A stretch of DNA of 64,000 nucleotides from NCBI RefSeq assembly GCF_009914755.1, contig NC_060936.1; one strand, 5' to 3'. This DNA comes from the human T2T-CHM13v2.0 reference genome, Homo sapiens. Below the pieces are notes generated by a model. The model saw only the letters and a program-made list of their open reading frames with translations, had not been told where the DNA came from and did no database searches. Positions 22,734 through 36,475 of the stretch are shown here, piece by piece. A program made the position numbers and the translations under genes. The stretch's first letter is position 1. Every line of letters begins with the position of its first letter.

Positions 22734-23528
22734 TACGCTTTGGTTGCCTCCATAAGCTGGCTGCTATGATTAATAAGACCAAGTTTTCTAAAGAAAATGA
22801 GATCATAACAAAAGCCCTCTTTATGCCTATCTTTTATCAGGGGCAAAAAGGAAAGAGACAAAACAGCATGAAATGATGAGACCAAGTGATGAAAATTCAT
22901 TCACAATGATTGCTTTCAAGAGTAATTTCTCTTGGGTAATTCAGCAGCCTGTTACTATGGCTCTCTGGAGTGATAGCTAATGTAAATGAAGCCTCTAAAA
23001 GTGGATTATCCTGACAAGAATATACTCAGCCAATAATGCAACAGAAATCCATTCAAAGCATTCGGGAAAAATTCAAAAGAATAAATATTCTTTTTTTTTT
23101 TTTTAAAGTTAATGACCTACGATCCATTTCTTCCCTGACTAACAAGCAGCAAGCACTTAAAAATATCCAGCCAGGATGAAATAGAAACCCACCTGACTTG
23201 TTAATATTTTTGTTTGGTCCCAGGGACTCAGATTCTAAGCCAAATTCTTTGAATGATCTTGGCAAATGTCTCGAATTATTTTTGCCAACTTTTCTTTATC
23301 TTGGAAAAAAAGTTTCATGAATGGGTGTCAAAATTGATTAGTTTTAAAAACCTTTCTTGCAGATACGTATGGCACCCTAAAACTGTATTAGAAAAAAAGT
23401 AAGTACTCTGTAGTGTGAAAAATTCTTAAAGGACACCCTCTTTTACAAACTCACAAAAACAGCCTTTGGAATACCCACATGAAGTAGCTGTTGTTATTGC
23501 TTTCTATATACCTACATCTTGTCTATTA

Positions 23529-23843
<315 letters not shown>

Positions 23844-25083
23844 GACTGGTTTTTCAACAGCTATTCCCACCCCTCTGCATGGAAATATTCACCCAGTCAA
23901 TTGTTTTCCTAGTTTGGGTAATGGCCCTCTGGGCAGGACTGGAGTGGGGCACACAGGAGAAGCTGCAAACTATGTTTAGAAGCATGTCTGGGAAATGTCA
24001 TGCAAGAAAAGACATATTTAAAGGTAGGCTTTGCATGAATGGAAAAGGAGAGTAATTCTATGTAGAGCAGAGCCTCTTACTTGCAGTGAGAGAAGCAAAA
24101 GTGGGGAAGCAAGAGGAATTATGCTTTTCATCAGCCAAATTTGCAGGTAGGAGGATTGGCTCAGTCAACTTGGCTGAGGCTCATGAAACCAGGTGTAAAG
24201 AAAGTGGACTAGATTAATTTCATCCATTACAGGAAGAGGAGCCGTGAAAGATAATCCAGAAATCATTGGGATTTGATGGTAGAAGGTATTTTGGGACTAT
24301 TCCATTTGAAATGAGAAGGTACCTGACATTCTTTGAATTCCTTTCAAGCAAAGGATTAAATTTACCCATGAGTTGACTCAGAAAAAACATAAAAAGTATT
24401 GTTGCTCTGCTCAGAGTTTTATCTAACTCATTCTCACTCCTTATTCCATGATGAAATGACATAAATGAGGTTTTTTATTGTTGTTGTTGTTGTTTTCTGG
24501 ACACAAGGCAAGGTAGCTACCTGGGCAGAGCTGTTTTATTTCTCTATGCCGTGGAGAGAAATTGGTTAATTGGCCATGGAAGGCAGTCATTAAGATGTTC
24601 CCATGCGAGTGAACTTTCCAGGGTTCCCAGCTTCTGCATCCTTCCCTGTCCCTCAATTCCATTGTTGGTGATGACAATGTCTCTCCCATCAGCCTCATGA
24701 AGTTCTCTCTCATTTATTAAAATTTGCTTTCAGGAAAAATTTTGAAAATGTGTCCAGTAATGCCTGATTGGCCCCTTATCCTAAAGGCTTAAACTGGAGG
24801 AAGGAAGCTAAACTGAGAATTCTTGCAAATCATTGAGCCAAAAACGTATTAATAGCACGATCTATCATTTATTGACTAGTATGTGGCAGGCAGTGCCCTT
24901 TTATTTAGGCAGGGAGAGTTGATGGAGGGGGGGTGGGGTTCACACATCTTAAAGAGGTGCTATCTCCTCCTATATAAATCATGTAAGTCAAGAGAGTAAG
25001 GAATTGTCTTTGTTTGGTTATATTCAGGGGATTAGAGTATACAGTAGAAGATCCCAAGAAACCTTGGGATCATTTTAGACTAA

Positions 25084-25424
<341 letters not shown>

Positions 25425-25450
25425 TCATGAACATAAGCTAAACAAATGTT

Positions 25451-25705
25451 GGCAGTGTAGCCTAGTGGTTAAGAGAGCAGACTCTTAACTAGAACACTGC
25501 ACTCCATGTCCTCACTGTAGACCCTCACTGTGGGGTTCTAATTAACCCCGTTACTTACCAGTGGCAGTCTTAAGGCATTCCTTAAGTTCGTTGTGCCCCA
25601 ATTTGTTCATCTGTAGAAGGGGTAGGATGACAGTAGTGTTTACTTTATAGGCTTACTGTGAGCATTAAATGAGTTACTACTGTATTTGTAAAGTGCTTAA
25701 AATGC
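25451..25705 (+). mobile_element. Near full-length MIR containing CLLU1OS exon 1 in antisense
   Basis: ggcagtgtagcctagtggttaagagagcagactct...acttaccag...gtgccccaatttgttcatctgtagaagggg...gtgagcattaaatgag...gtaaagtgctta. Confidence 0.88.
25559..25610 (-). CDS. CLLU1OS: CLLU1OS coding exon 1 (MNKLGHNELKECLKTAT)
   Basis: ATG at 25610-25608, donor CTG|GTAAGT; 52+90+164 = 306 nt = 101 aa plus stop. Confidence 0.88.
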
Positions 25706-26079
25706 TGCTCCAAAAGAGTTTGTTAAACACTTAAGAACTGATTTACTTGCATCTAAACTGACAGCTCTCAATAACTGGAAATGATCAAGCATAGGCCCTG
25801 GAATATAAGCAGGTCTACATGAAGGCAAAAATGTTCGTTTCTTTTGTTCAGCCCTGTGCCTAGATCAATATCTAGTGATCATGCTCAAGAAATATTGTTG
25901 AATGAATCAATGAACCTACCGAGGTAGTTACATAAAAGAGTTCTGCATGAGTACAAATCTGGGCAAAGTGACCTCCAAGGAAATTTCCACTTTCAGATTC
26001 TGTGATTTCCTTAAGGAACTGATAAATTGGTGTGATACAATGTAAAAAAATGTGCCTATATGATTTGAGAAAAACTTAT

Positions 26080-26187
26080 TTTCTCTCCCTCTTTTTTCCT
26101 TCCTTCCTTCCTCCCTCCCTTCCTTCCTTCCTTCCTCCCTCCCTTCCTTCCTTCCTCCCTCCCTTCCTTCTCTTTCTTCTTTTCTTT

Positions 26188-26252
<65 letters not shown>

Positions 26253-26393
26253 TCTTCTCTTTCCTTTCTTTCTTCCTTTCTTTGTGCCTTTCTTTCTTTC
26301 TCTCTTTCTTTCTTCTCTGTCCTTTCTTTCTTCCTTTCTTTCTTTCTGCCTTTCTTTCTCTTTGTTTTTCTTTCTTTACTTCTTTTTTCCTTT
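26080..26393. repeat. Polypyrimidine/polypurine compound microsatellite (CCTT)n-(CTTT)n
   Basis: About 310 bp almost entirely C/T, with a perfect (TTTC)n core. Confidence 0.97.
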
Positions 26394-27840
26394 AAGCAGA
26401 CCATGTCTGTTAGATGAATGCCTTTTTCTAGTTAAAAGGTTAAACAGGAAAGTGAAGCACAATTATCAAGGGTCTCCAGTCATCTCCACATGTTCTTAAT
26501 CATTATCTTCTTTTACAGTTTCATATCTCCAGGCCTTTCATTGGGTCAGGTTGGCATTTCGCTGCCCTTTATGTGTGTGACAAGTGAAAATAAGGAAAGA
26601 AAAAAACTCAAGTGAAGAAAATCAGAATCTGCGCAGCAGTTCCTGGGCGTTTCAGCTGCTTCCCACATCACCTGCCTCATCAAGCCCCAGCATCCATCTC
26701 CTTGCTCATCTTACACCCTGTGTGCATGACAGGCCCACCATTCATTTATCAGAGCAAAGGCTCTCCCACTATTCTGGTTCACCCCCCTACTTAGCCAGAT
26801 ATACAAGAATATCTGCACAGATGACCTGCCTCACCTGGGAGCTCAGAGGAGCTCAGATTCCATTACTATCGCACCAAGGACAGATCTCCCAGCAAGAATG
26901 ACAGAAAAGACTAACTGCCCCCAAAATCTCCCTTCCAAAACACAGTTCTCTTAATTCTCCCAAGAAACCAGAATGTGACTGCTCACCTCTCTAAGGACCT
27001 GAAAACAACTGGCCATTTCAGCTATTTAAATCAACTTTAAAAAATCCAACCGCCAAAATATTAAACCATTTTGGTTGGAATGATAACATAACTAACCTGC
27101 TGACAGCTGCTTCTGCTAGGTGCAAAAATGGAAAAAAAAATACTTCTAATCAGGTCAAATCACTCTACCTTTGGGATTCTAAATTTACTCATATTCTCAA
27201 AGAAATATATTCAGTCATAGTGGGGAAAATAGGATTATTCCTTTAGCTCGATAAGCAACCAGAAGTTCTTCCTTCAAATCTTGACATTTAATCAATCAGA
27301 AATTGATTTTTGGAAAACTGTTTCCTATGAAGCTATCTCTGCCTGAAGGATTTTTCTTTTACAATCCAGACTATAGAAGGAAATTCACAACCTGGACTTT
27401 CACCTCCATTGGTCAGAGTTTTACTGACCAATTCCCACCTCTGCCTTACACCTAACGGAAGTTTATGCCTGTTTTCTCTTCACATACCCCAACAGTTACA
27501 AATGGTTGTTATTATTAAGCATCTTTTATTTTGTGGCCTCTGATTACATGGTCCCCTAAATTTTGACCTAATCACAAAAGATTGGTAAAATTTCTTAACA
27601 TATTAATAATATTTTGTTTATGTGTCAATATCTTAGCATGTATCAATTAAGACAGAGGTCTTAACGTTCTCTTTTTGAAAGAGAATATTAGGATTCAGAG
27701 ATATTAAGAGATTCTCCCAGGATCACAGTTAGGTAACAGAGCTGGATTTTAGTCCAGGTCTGTCTACAGCTCTAACGTATATACACCCTTTGTATAACAT
27801 GTCACGAATTCAGCATAAAGGGATCTTCAGTGATCTAAGT

Positions 27841-28070
27841 CAGGGGTCAGCAACCTTTTCTAAAAAGGACCAAATAGTAATATTTCAGGCTTTGTGGACC
27901 CTATGGTCTCTATCATAACTGTTCAAATCACCATGTAGTGTAAAAGGAGCCATAAGCAAAATATAAACTAACGAATGTGGCTGTTTTATGGGATTTTTTT
28001 TTAACTCTTTATTTACAAAAGCAGGTGGCAGATCAGAACTCACTTATGGGCCATAGTTCTCTGACCCCTG
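27841..28070 (+). mobile_element. MER58A-like hAT-Charlie element
   Basis: TIRs CAGGGGTCAG...CTGACCCCTG, 230 bp. Confidence 0.88.
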
Positions 28071-28249
28071 ACCTGAGAAAATCTTATATTTATGGACAAC
28101 ATTTAGACTGTGACTTGCCAAGTAAGAACAAGAAGCTCTGTCAACTGAAGGTCAAGGCTGGAGTTCTGAAAGCAAAGAGCTGTCTGGTGTTAATGATAAG
28201 TGAAATAGTTAAAGTTAGAAGATCCCAGTTATAAGAAGCACAAAGAATA

Positions 28250-28475
28250 ATGACCATAGACTCCTGAACAAGAATGTCTGGACTTCTGGCTTAGGCACTC
28301 TGGTTGTATGGTCCAGGCCAAGTTACCTAATCTCTCCAGGCCTCCATTTTCTTATCATTAAATGAAGATAATAAAAGTATTTTCCTCAGAGAGCTGTAAG
28401 AATAAAATGAGCTAACCCATGTCAAGCACATAGAATAGGGCCCAGCCTATATTAATTTATCAATAAATGCCAGCT
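28250..28475 (+). mobile_element. MIR fragment containing candidate CLLU1 polyA signals
   Basis: caagttacctaatctctccaggcctccattttcttatcattaaatgaagataataa; AATAAA at about 28370, 28401 and 28462. Confidence 0.7.
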
Positions 28476-28554
28476 ACATATTAGTTCTCTATATTTTTAT
28501 TCATTATCATAAAATGTTTATCTACAGATTGGCATTGTAAGGATGGAGTTAAAA

Positions 28555-29040
28555 TTGTATGTATGTGAAGGGAAATTATTCCTGTTACTATTGATCTGCA
28601 TCACATTACCCCAAATTTGATGGCTTAAAGTAACAACATTCATTTTGCAAACAAATTTGAAATTTGAGGAGGGCTTGTCTGGGAAGACTTGTCTCTGCCC
28701 TATGTGGTATCAGCAGGGGGAGGCTTGACGGACTGGCACATGCCCTTCCAGAATGGCCCACTCGCATGCCTGCCAAGTTGGTGCTGGCTCTTGGCTGGGA
28801 GCTCAGCTGGGGCTGAGTGCTAGGGTCCCTGGGAGGTTCCTTGTGGCCTGAACTTCCTCACCACAAGGCGGCTGCGGTGCGAGAGTGAGCATTTCAAGAT
28901 AGAGCCAAGATGACACTGTATTACTGTGTAAGACCCAGCCTGGGAATTAATGTAGCCTCACTTCCATCCCACTCTATTTTTAAAAAGTGAATTATTAAGG
29001 TCACCCCATATTCAAGGGGATAGGAATTAGACTTCATCTG
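28555..29040 (-). mobile_element. Old MaLR LTR (MLT1F/G/H-like)
   Basis: cacattaccccaaatttgatggcttaaag...ggcaagttggtgctggct-like, gctcagctggggctg, attcaaggggataggaattagact. Confidence 0.7.
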
Positions 29041-29899
29041 TATTAAGAAAAATGTTTTTAAAAATTGTAGACATGTTTTAAAATTCTAAAGTCCACTTAC
29101 TGGCTGCAGATTATTTATATATACATGCAAGATACACTCCTACATTCTCTTCTTAGAAGGCTCAGTTGCAGGTACAGATGAAGCTCTTCAAGTGAGATTT
29201 CTTATGTATTTATCCTCTCAATCTGAAGACTTGTAAACTAAGAGACAAGTTATTTGCAACCTACATACGCAATATTCAATGGTAAAGTATACATAGGACA
29301 GCCACTACAGACACTCTTGTTTTAAATAGAGGAAAATGAGAGCACATAACAGTCATTGGCTCATAGCAACTCTGATATCCAGACAGCAAACACAAGCAGG
29401 TCTTTTTTTAGGTCTCAGTCCTACTGCCTGGATTCCCTACTGCTCTTGGGTCTTCCCTCCAGGTTCTTGGTTCTTGGACCTCTTTTCATTTAATACTATT
29501 TCTGTTCCTTTAAGTTCAAGCTGGCAAAATATGATTGTACAATTCTGTTTAAAATTCCAGGACTTCCTGTGATTCTTATTGGGGAATACTCCATTAGACA
29601 AGAATCTCTTTGACATAAGCCATTCTCTACCTGAGATCCCTGTAAGGCTGTGATGGGACCACATAACCTTAAAATTATTAGAAGACTCATTGTTTACTGA
29701 GAGAATATGCCTAGCATATGCTTAGATCCTTAGAGGAACTCTGTTTCAAAGGGCTTATGAGACATTACCTTATATCTTTCTAAGGTACAAACAAAAGGTC
29801 TTTGGCTTTTGAGTTTGATCTTTGAGCTGACACCTTTTCTTAATTTGAGAATCCCCTGCTCTATGGAGAGACTGACAAAGAGAAATAGTTTTATATTTG

Positions 29900-30686
29900 A
29901 ATGTAACATCTTGGATCTTTAATAGATTATCTTAAAATTTTCCTGAAAATGTAACAGTTCCTTTTTTTAAAATTCATTCTCCCTACACACTTATTATATA
30001 TGACTAAAAGAAACTCCCTGGCATTTTCAACATTCTGGTTAGAATTTTTCTTAGCCCAATCTACCAGTTTATTAGGTATATTTGTATTTTCCACGTCACT
30101 GTAGGTGACAATCTTGCTAAACTTTCTGCCACTACATAACAAGGATCCCTTTCTCCAGTTTTCAGTAACAATCTACCAATAGCCTCCTCAAGGTCTACCA
30201 AGCTTCTACTAAAAATCTCTTTCAGCCCCTTCCAACTTCTGCCCACCAACTAGTCCCAGAAGCAATACCCATGTTTTAGGTTTCATTATAGCAGCATCTA
30301 GTTTCGAGTTCTCAGAACCTGTTTCGATCATGTTTCACTGTTTCCAAAACATCCCAAAACAGTAGCTTAAGACAGTAACACTTATTTTGCTCACAGGCTG
30401 TACGGGAAGCATGGCTGGAGAGGTCTCAGGAAATATACAATCATGGTGGAAGGCAAAGAGGAAGGAGGTATGTCTTACATGGCCAGAGCAGGAGAAAGAG
30501 AAGGGGAAGGTGCCACACACTTTTTAGAAACCCAGATCTCATGAGAACTTACTCACTATCATGAGAACAGCAAAGAAGAAATCTGTCTCCATGATCCAAT
30601 CACCTCCCACCAGGCCCCTCCTCCCACACTGGGGATTACAATTCGACATGAGATTTGGGCAGGGACACAAATCCAAACCATAACAG
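29900..30686 (-). mobile_element. MaLR internal remnant plus LTR pieces (MLT-int about 29900-30320; MST-like LTR about 30385-30686)
   Basis: cttgctaaactttctgccactacataacaagga (MaLR-int like); aatcatggtggaaggcaaag...atgagatttgggcagggacacaaatccaaaccataaca. Confidence 0.75.
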
Positions 30687-31911
30687 TTGGCAACCCTTTT
30701 TTAAAGAAAGTAATGACATCAACTCCTTGGGGATGTGGATTGGGGGAGAATATTGGAGAGGATCCAGGGGAAGTGAAGATATCAAGTTCTTTATACATAA
30801 ATAGATCTATCTTTTTAGGGAAGTAGAATATGTCATTTAGGATAGGGAAAGTTGAAGATGTTACTCTATTCAGCTTTAGGGAAACTCCAAGATGTAACAC
30901 TATGTCCTGTGAATATTAGTCTTGTGGAAAGTGCTCCATTGGAAGAAGACAGAAAATGTCCTGCTGCACAGAGATCCATATCTTCATGCCACGTCTTGCA
31001 AATGCAGTCAGGGAGCTTGCTCTAAATTCGTGTTGCCTTTTAGGAAGTTACAGAGCATATTTCTTTATATCTTCTTTATTTTTGCCCTTGATAGGAGACT
31101 GCCAGGGATTCAGTTATTATAATTTTACATTTATTTATCCTTTTCTGGGAGCATCTCATACCTTTTTTACTAGAGAGGCCAAGGTCACAATTAAGATTAG
31201 GGAGACAATACAGAGTCAAGACACCTGAATTTTGCCACACTACTCTTGGGCCACTTTAATTGGTGTTTCTGGGCCTCATTTTTATTACTATTATTATTAA
31301 TTATTTTATTGTGTGTATAGGAGCTGGAAGATAGTGACTTCTATTAGAATTTATTCTTATAAACAATGCTGTATGGCTCTTGGATTAAGAAGTAAATAGA
31401 AAACAAAAAGGGTCTTTGAACTGCTGTCTCTTCTAGGTCTTCTCAGAGTGCTACTGGGAATTAGATGGGATTAGATGGGTGAATTTCCTTTTTCTTTTGT
31501 TTGAGAGGTCTAGATTTTTGAAGTATCTAAACCATCTTTAGATCTAAGTTAATCTCCAAAAAGCTTTATTGCCTGAAACATTCCAGTTCTAGGAAGTTTG
31601 CATTTCTCTGAGTGTAAGGGTCTGGTCTGTAACTCCTTGAGATCAGGAATGTGTCTTTTTATCCCCATAGTTCAGCGCCTACCCTAGTGTCTTCCCTACA
31701 AGTGATCATTGAATGAAGAAAGGAATAAATTCCTTCTTCTCTAACATACATCAGAGACCTCTGACCCTTATTGGGTCCCCCTTCCCTATTGATATACCTC
31801 TCCATCTCCAGACATCCACATGGCCTCCTAGGGGTATGGGATTCTTCACTCTTCTCCTGGTACAAGCTCCTTGCCTGAAATTTTTCTGACCCACCCCCAT
31901 TTCTAACCGTC

Positions 31912-32753
<842 letters not shown>

Positions 32754-33054
32754 TAATGGCCCAAAGGAAGGCCAGTGGTGAAGATGTTTCTCTACAGGGA
32801 AGTTTCTAAGTGTTTCTCAGCCTACATGTGTGAGTGTATTAATGGGAATACTGGGGATAATTGGATAGAATGTATGAAATTAGGATTGGCCTAAACTATC
32901 TGGTCCAAAGTTTATCCTAGTGGCCCTAATAACATCTCCAGTGATGGTCTTTCCTGAGGTTATAGAATGAGCTATAGGAAAGAGTGATAGTACAGGAATG
33001 AGAGGATTGGATCGTCTTTTCTCTTTGTTCTATTCCTCTATGATTATTTGATTT

Positions 33055-33084
33055 CTTTTTTTTGTGATGGAGTCTCACTCTGTC
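33055..33084 (-). mobile_element. Extremely 5'-truncated Alu (about 21 nt plus A tail) with 13-bp TSD
   Basis: gattatttgattt [ctttttttt gtgatggagtctcactctgtc] gattatttgattt. Confidence 0.8.
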
Positions 33085-33639
33085 GATTATTTGATTTTTG
33101 TTTCAGATTAAGGCCAGCTTTCTTTGACTGAGCAGACCCACGTATATGGGAAACGGCCACACACCAAATTAAACCATTCACTGATACCCGGGCACACCCA
33201 TTTTCACCACTCTGCTCTTGCCCGTGCCATTGCCTTTGCATCCAAGGGATTCTTCCTTCTGTGGCAATCTGTATGACATCCTTACTAAGAAGGCCTCCCT
33301 CAGTGCCCTTGGCCCTCTCACAGCCCTTTCCATGGCCTTCTCCACTAGACTGTGATGAACCCAGTGTCTGGAACAGTTCATGGCATTGTTGTTAGTGTTG
33401 TCATTTTGTTGTTAAGCCTTCTGCTGTCAGTGGTCATTTCATATGTTTGCATATTTACGCCCTGCCTCTTTTTGGTATGCAGTGTGGACCCTATTGCACG
33501 GCTACTTGTGTTTCAGTGGCTTTGTCCTATTCCACCTTCTATGCCACTTACTCTGAATGCCTGGCACATTGGTAGGTGCCCAATACCAACTTGGAAAGTG
33601 AATGAATTTGTTTTCTCATTACCTTTTGAAATGCCTATA

Positions 33640-34013
33640 CAGATGTTCCTCCACTTATGATGGAGTTCATTCTGAAAAGCTCATGATAAGTAGAAGATAT
33701 TATGTCAGAAATGTATTTTATTGTATTTTTTATTTTTTAATCTTTCTTTCTCTTTCTTTCTTTCTTTCATTCATTCATTCTTTCTTTCTTTCTTTTTCTT
33801 TCTTTCCTTTCATCTTTCTTTTAGTAGAGACAATGTCTCACTATATTGCCTAGGCTGGTCTTGAACTCTTGGGCTAAAAGCAATTCTCCTGCCTTGCTCT
33901 GCCAAAGGGCTGAGATTACAGGCATCAACTACTGCACCTAGTTGAAAAATGCATTTAATGCTCCAATAAACCCATCATAAAGTCAAACCATCAGCAGTCA
34001 GTGACTATCTGTA
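33640..34013 (+). mobile_element. MER47/Tigger5-like DNA transposon with nested Alu monomer (about 33725-33942)
   Basis: TA-cagatgttcctccacttatgatgg...cagtgactatctg-TA; aaatgtatttta / aaatgcatttaa flank the Alu monomer. Confidence 0.7.
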
Positions 34014-34158
34014 TACCTTAGGACTAAGTTAGAAGTTGGAGATGGTAAAGTTTCTAAATTAGTACAAGCACAGGAGCTCTTATTCCTGCCATTTTATGAA
34101 AGTCATGTGAGTATTGGTGACCATCACTAATGGGGCTGGTAGAAACTTTAGGACCAGT

Positions 34159-34532
34159 CTGTCTTAGTCAGCTGGGCTGCTACAGTAAAAAACCATGGAC
34201 TGAGTGGGTTAAACAATGGACATTTACTTCTCACAGTTCTGGAAGATGGGAAGTCCAAGATCAAGAAGCCAACATGGCTGGATTCTGATGAGGGCTTTTT
34301 CTGGAATGCAGATGATCACCTTCTTGCCTTGTCCTCATGTGGAAGAGAGAGCAAACTCTCTAGTCTCTCTTTCTTTTCTTAAAGGACAATAATCCCATTA
34401 TGGAGGCCTCATGCTCATGACCTCATCTAAACCTAGTTACTTCTTAAAGGCTCCAACTCCAAATACCATCACACTGAAGGTTAGGGTTTCCACATATAAA
34501 CTTCGGAGGGACACAAACATTCGGTTCATAAC
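34159..34532 (-). mobile_element. MaLR LTR (MLT1A/MSTD-like)
   Basis: tgtcttagtcagctgggctgcta...tctcacagttctggaagatgggaagtccaagatcaag...ggacacaaacattcggttcataaca. Confidence 0.88.
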
Positions 34533-36043
34533 AAGTGCATTCTACAAGACTCCAGGGAGTGTGTTGGCTACCCTTCATCCCACACAGCTGCAACAATCCT
34601 AATCCACTGATATCAAGTCACCATATATTTGAAATTCACTCAGTTCCCAAGAAAATATCTGCTTTCATAATCATTTCTCAGCTAAGGAATGAAAGCTATG
34701 ATAAGAAAGTCTAGCACTTAGTGGGAAACAAACTTGAATTAGGCCAGGACCCCTTAAATATTGTCACTATGAAATCCAAGGGCAGTATTTACATGCTTTT
34801 CCTTCATGATGACCTTAGATTTCGCTTCTTTATGCTGCAATCAACTGAAAACATTCCACTGTTGGTAATCCTTTATCTTCTAACAAATCTAATTTAGTAG
34901 ATCTTGTTACTCCTTATTTTTGAAAATATTAAACTAAACAATAAGTGATCTTTCAGGGAAATTCTGCAAGGGAAGTGGCTTCTAGAGAATGCCTCTTCTC
35001 CAAAAGGCCTAGTTCTATTTCTGATATCTAATCAGTTCTGCTCCCTTTAAATAATTACTGAAACTAGTTTATTGTTTAAATGACCTCATTTGAAAGTGGG
35101 ACTTTCCCCTTTGTCTTCTTCCCTTTTAATTTCTGTTTTTAATTAATGTAAGTGCAGTCAGAACTGACGGTGTCAACCTTTCCTGTAACTGTGATTGCCA
35201 CTTGTGGACATTCTGTACTCATAAGAGTGATTCTCACAAGTTCTTTAAGTTTTTTGGAAGTGCAAACCCAACAGGAAGAAAGAATAGGACTCCCTGCATT
35301 CTATTTTGCTCTGCAGTGAAGATGCATTGTTGAGTAATTTGCTTTACATTCAGATATACCCAGATTCCCATCTTCCCAATCCATGTGACTTGGCTAAGTT
35401 ACAACTCTTTATAAGCCTCAATGCCTGCAACTGCATAAGAAAGTGGTAACCATCTCATGGGGCATTGGGTAAATGAGATAATACTTATGAAGTATGCAGC
35501 ACACAGCCAAGAGCGTAACGTGTTCAATCAATGATATCCATTATTATTACATGTCAAATCACATCTGACTTCTGTGATTCTACTGGGGAAAAGGATGCAA
35601 AATCCTCTTGCCGTTGGGGTGTCAAATATTTTAGTACTTATTTCCAAATTCATTGGAGGGGTCTTTCCCTGAAGTTTACAGATGTGGAATACACCATTCA
35701 GGCAGGCTTTCTTCAGTAGTGCAGGTCATTTCAGGGGTTCTCCACATTCTAGAATAATTTTTTTTTTTACCCACTACAGACACATTTACTGGCAAGGCCC
35801 ATGATAACAAAATGAAATTAATACAGGCTTTACAGTCAGAGACCTAGGCGACCTTGGGTAATTCATTAATATCTCTGAGCCTCTATTTCCTCAGCTTTGA
35901 AAGAGGCATAAGAATTGCTCTGAAGAATAATCATGAGTATAAAATAAGATAAATGAGATAACTATGTAATATGCATTAGTTTAGCACCAAGCCATATACA
36001 AAGGCACAATAAAGAGAATCTAATATGTTTCCTTTATTCCCAC

Positions 36044-36475
36044 TGCTATGAACTGAATGTGTGTGTCCCCCGCCCACCGCAAATTCATATGATGAAGCCC
36101 TAATCCACATTGTAAAGGTATTTGGAGGTGGGGCATTTGTGAGGGAACTAGGTTTAAATGAACTCATGAAGGTGGAGCCCCCATGCTGGGATCAATGCCC
36201 TTATTTAACAAAAATCAGAAACAACAACAACACGAAGGAAGACAGCATGAAATCTCTCTCTCTTTCTCTTTTCCCCTCTCCCTCTGCCTTCATCCCCATC
36301 GCCATGCACCCGCAAAAGAAAGGCCATGTGAGGACATAACCAGAGCCCTCCCAAGACCCTGACCCTGCTGGCGCTCTGATCTCAGACTTCCAGCCTCCAG
36401 GACCATGAAAAATAAATGTTGGTTGTTCAAGCCACCCAGTCTATGGTATTTCAGTGTAGCAGTTTGAACTGAGAT
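36044..36475 (+). mobile_element. MaLR LTR (MLT1A/B-like)
   Basis: tgctatgaactgaatgtgtgtgtcccc...aggtatttggaggtgggg...gacttccagcctccag...ttcaagccacccagtctatggtatt. Confidence 0.88.

Noticed and set aside
25928-26499. 158-aa K/E/R-rich and 155-aa F/L/S-rich ORFs
   Set aside because: Artefacts of the (CCTT)n/(CTTT)n microsatellite.
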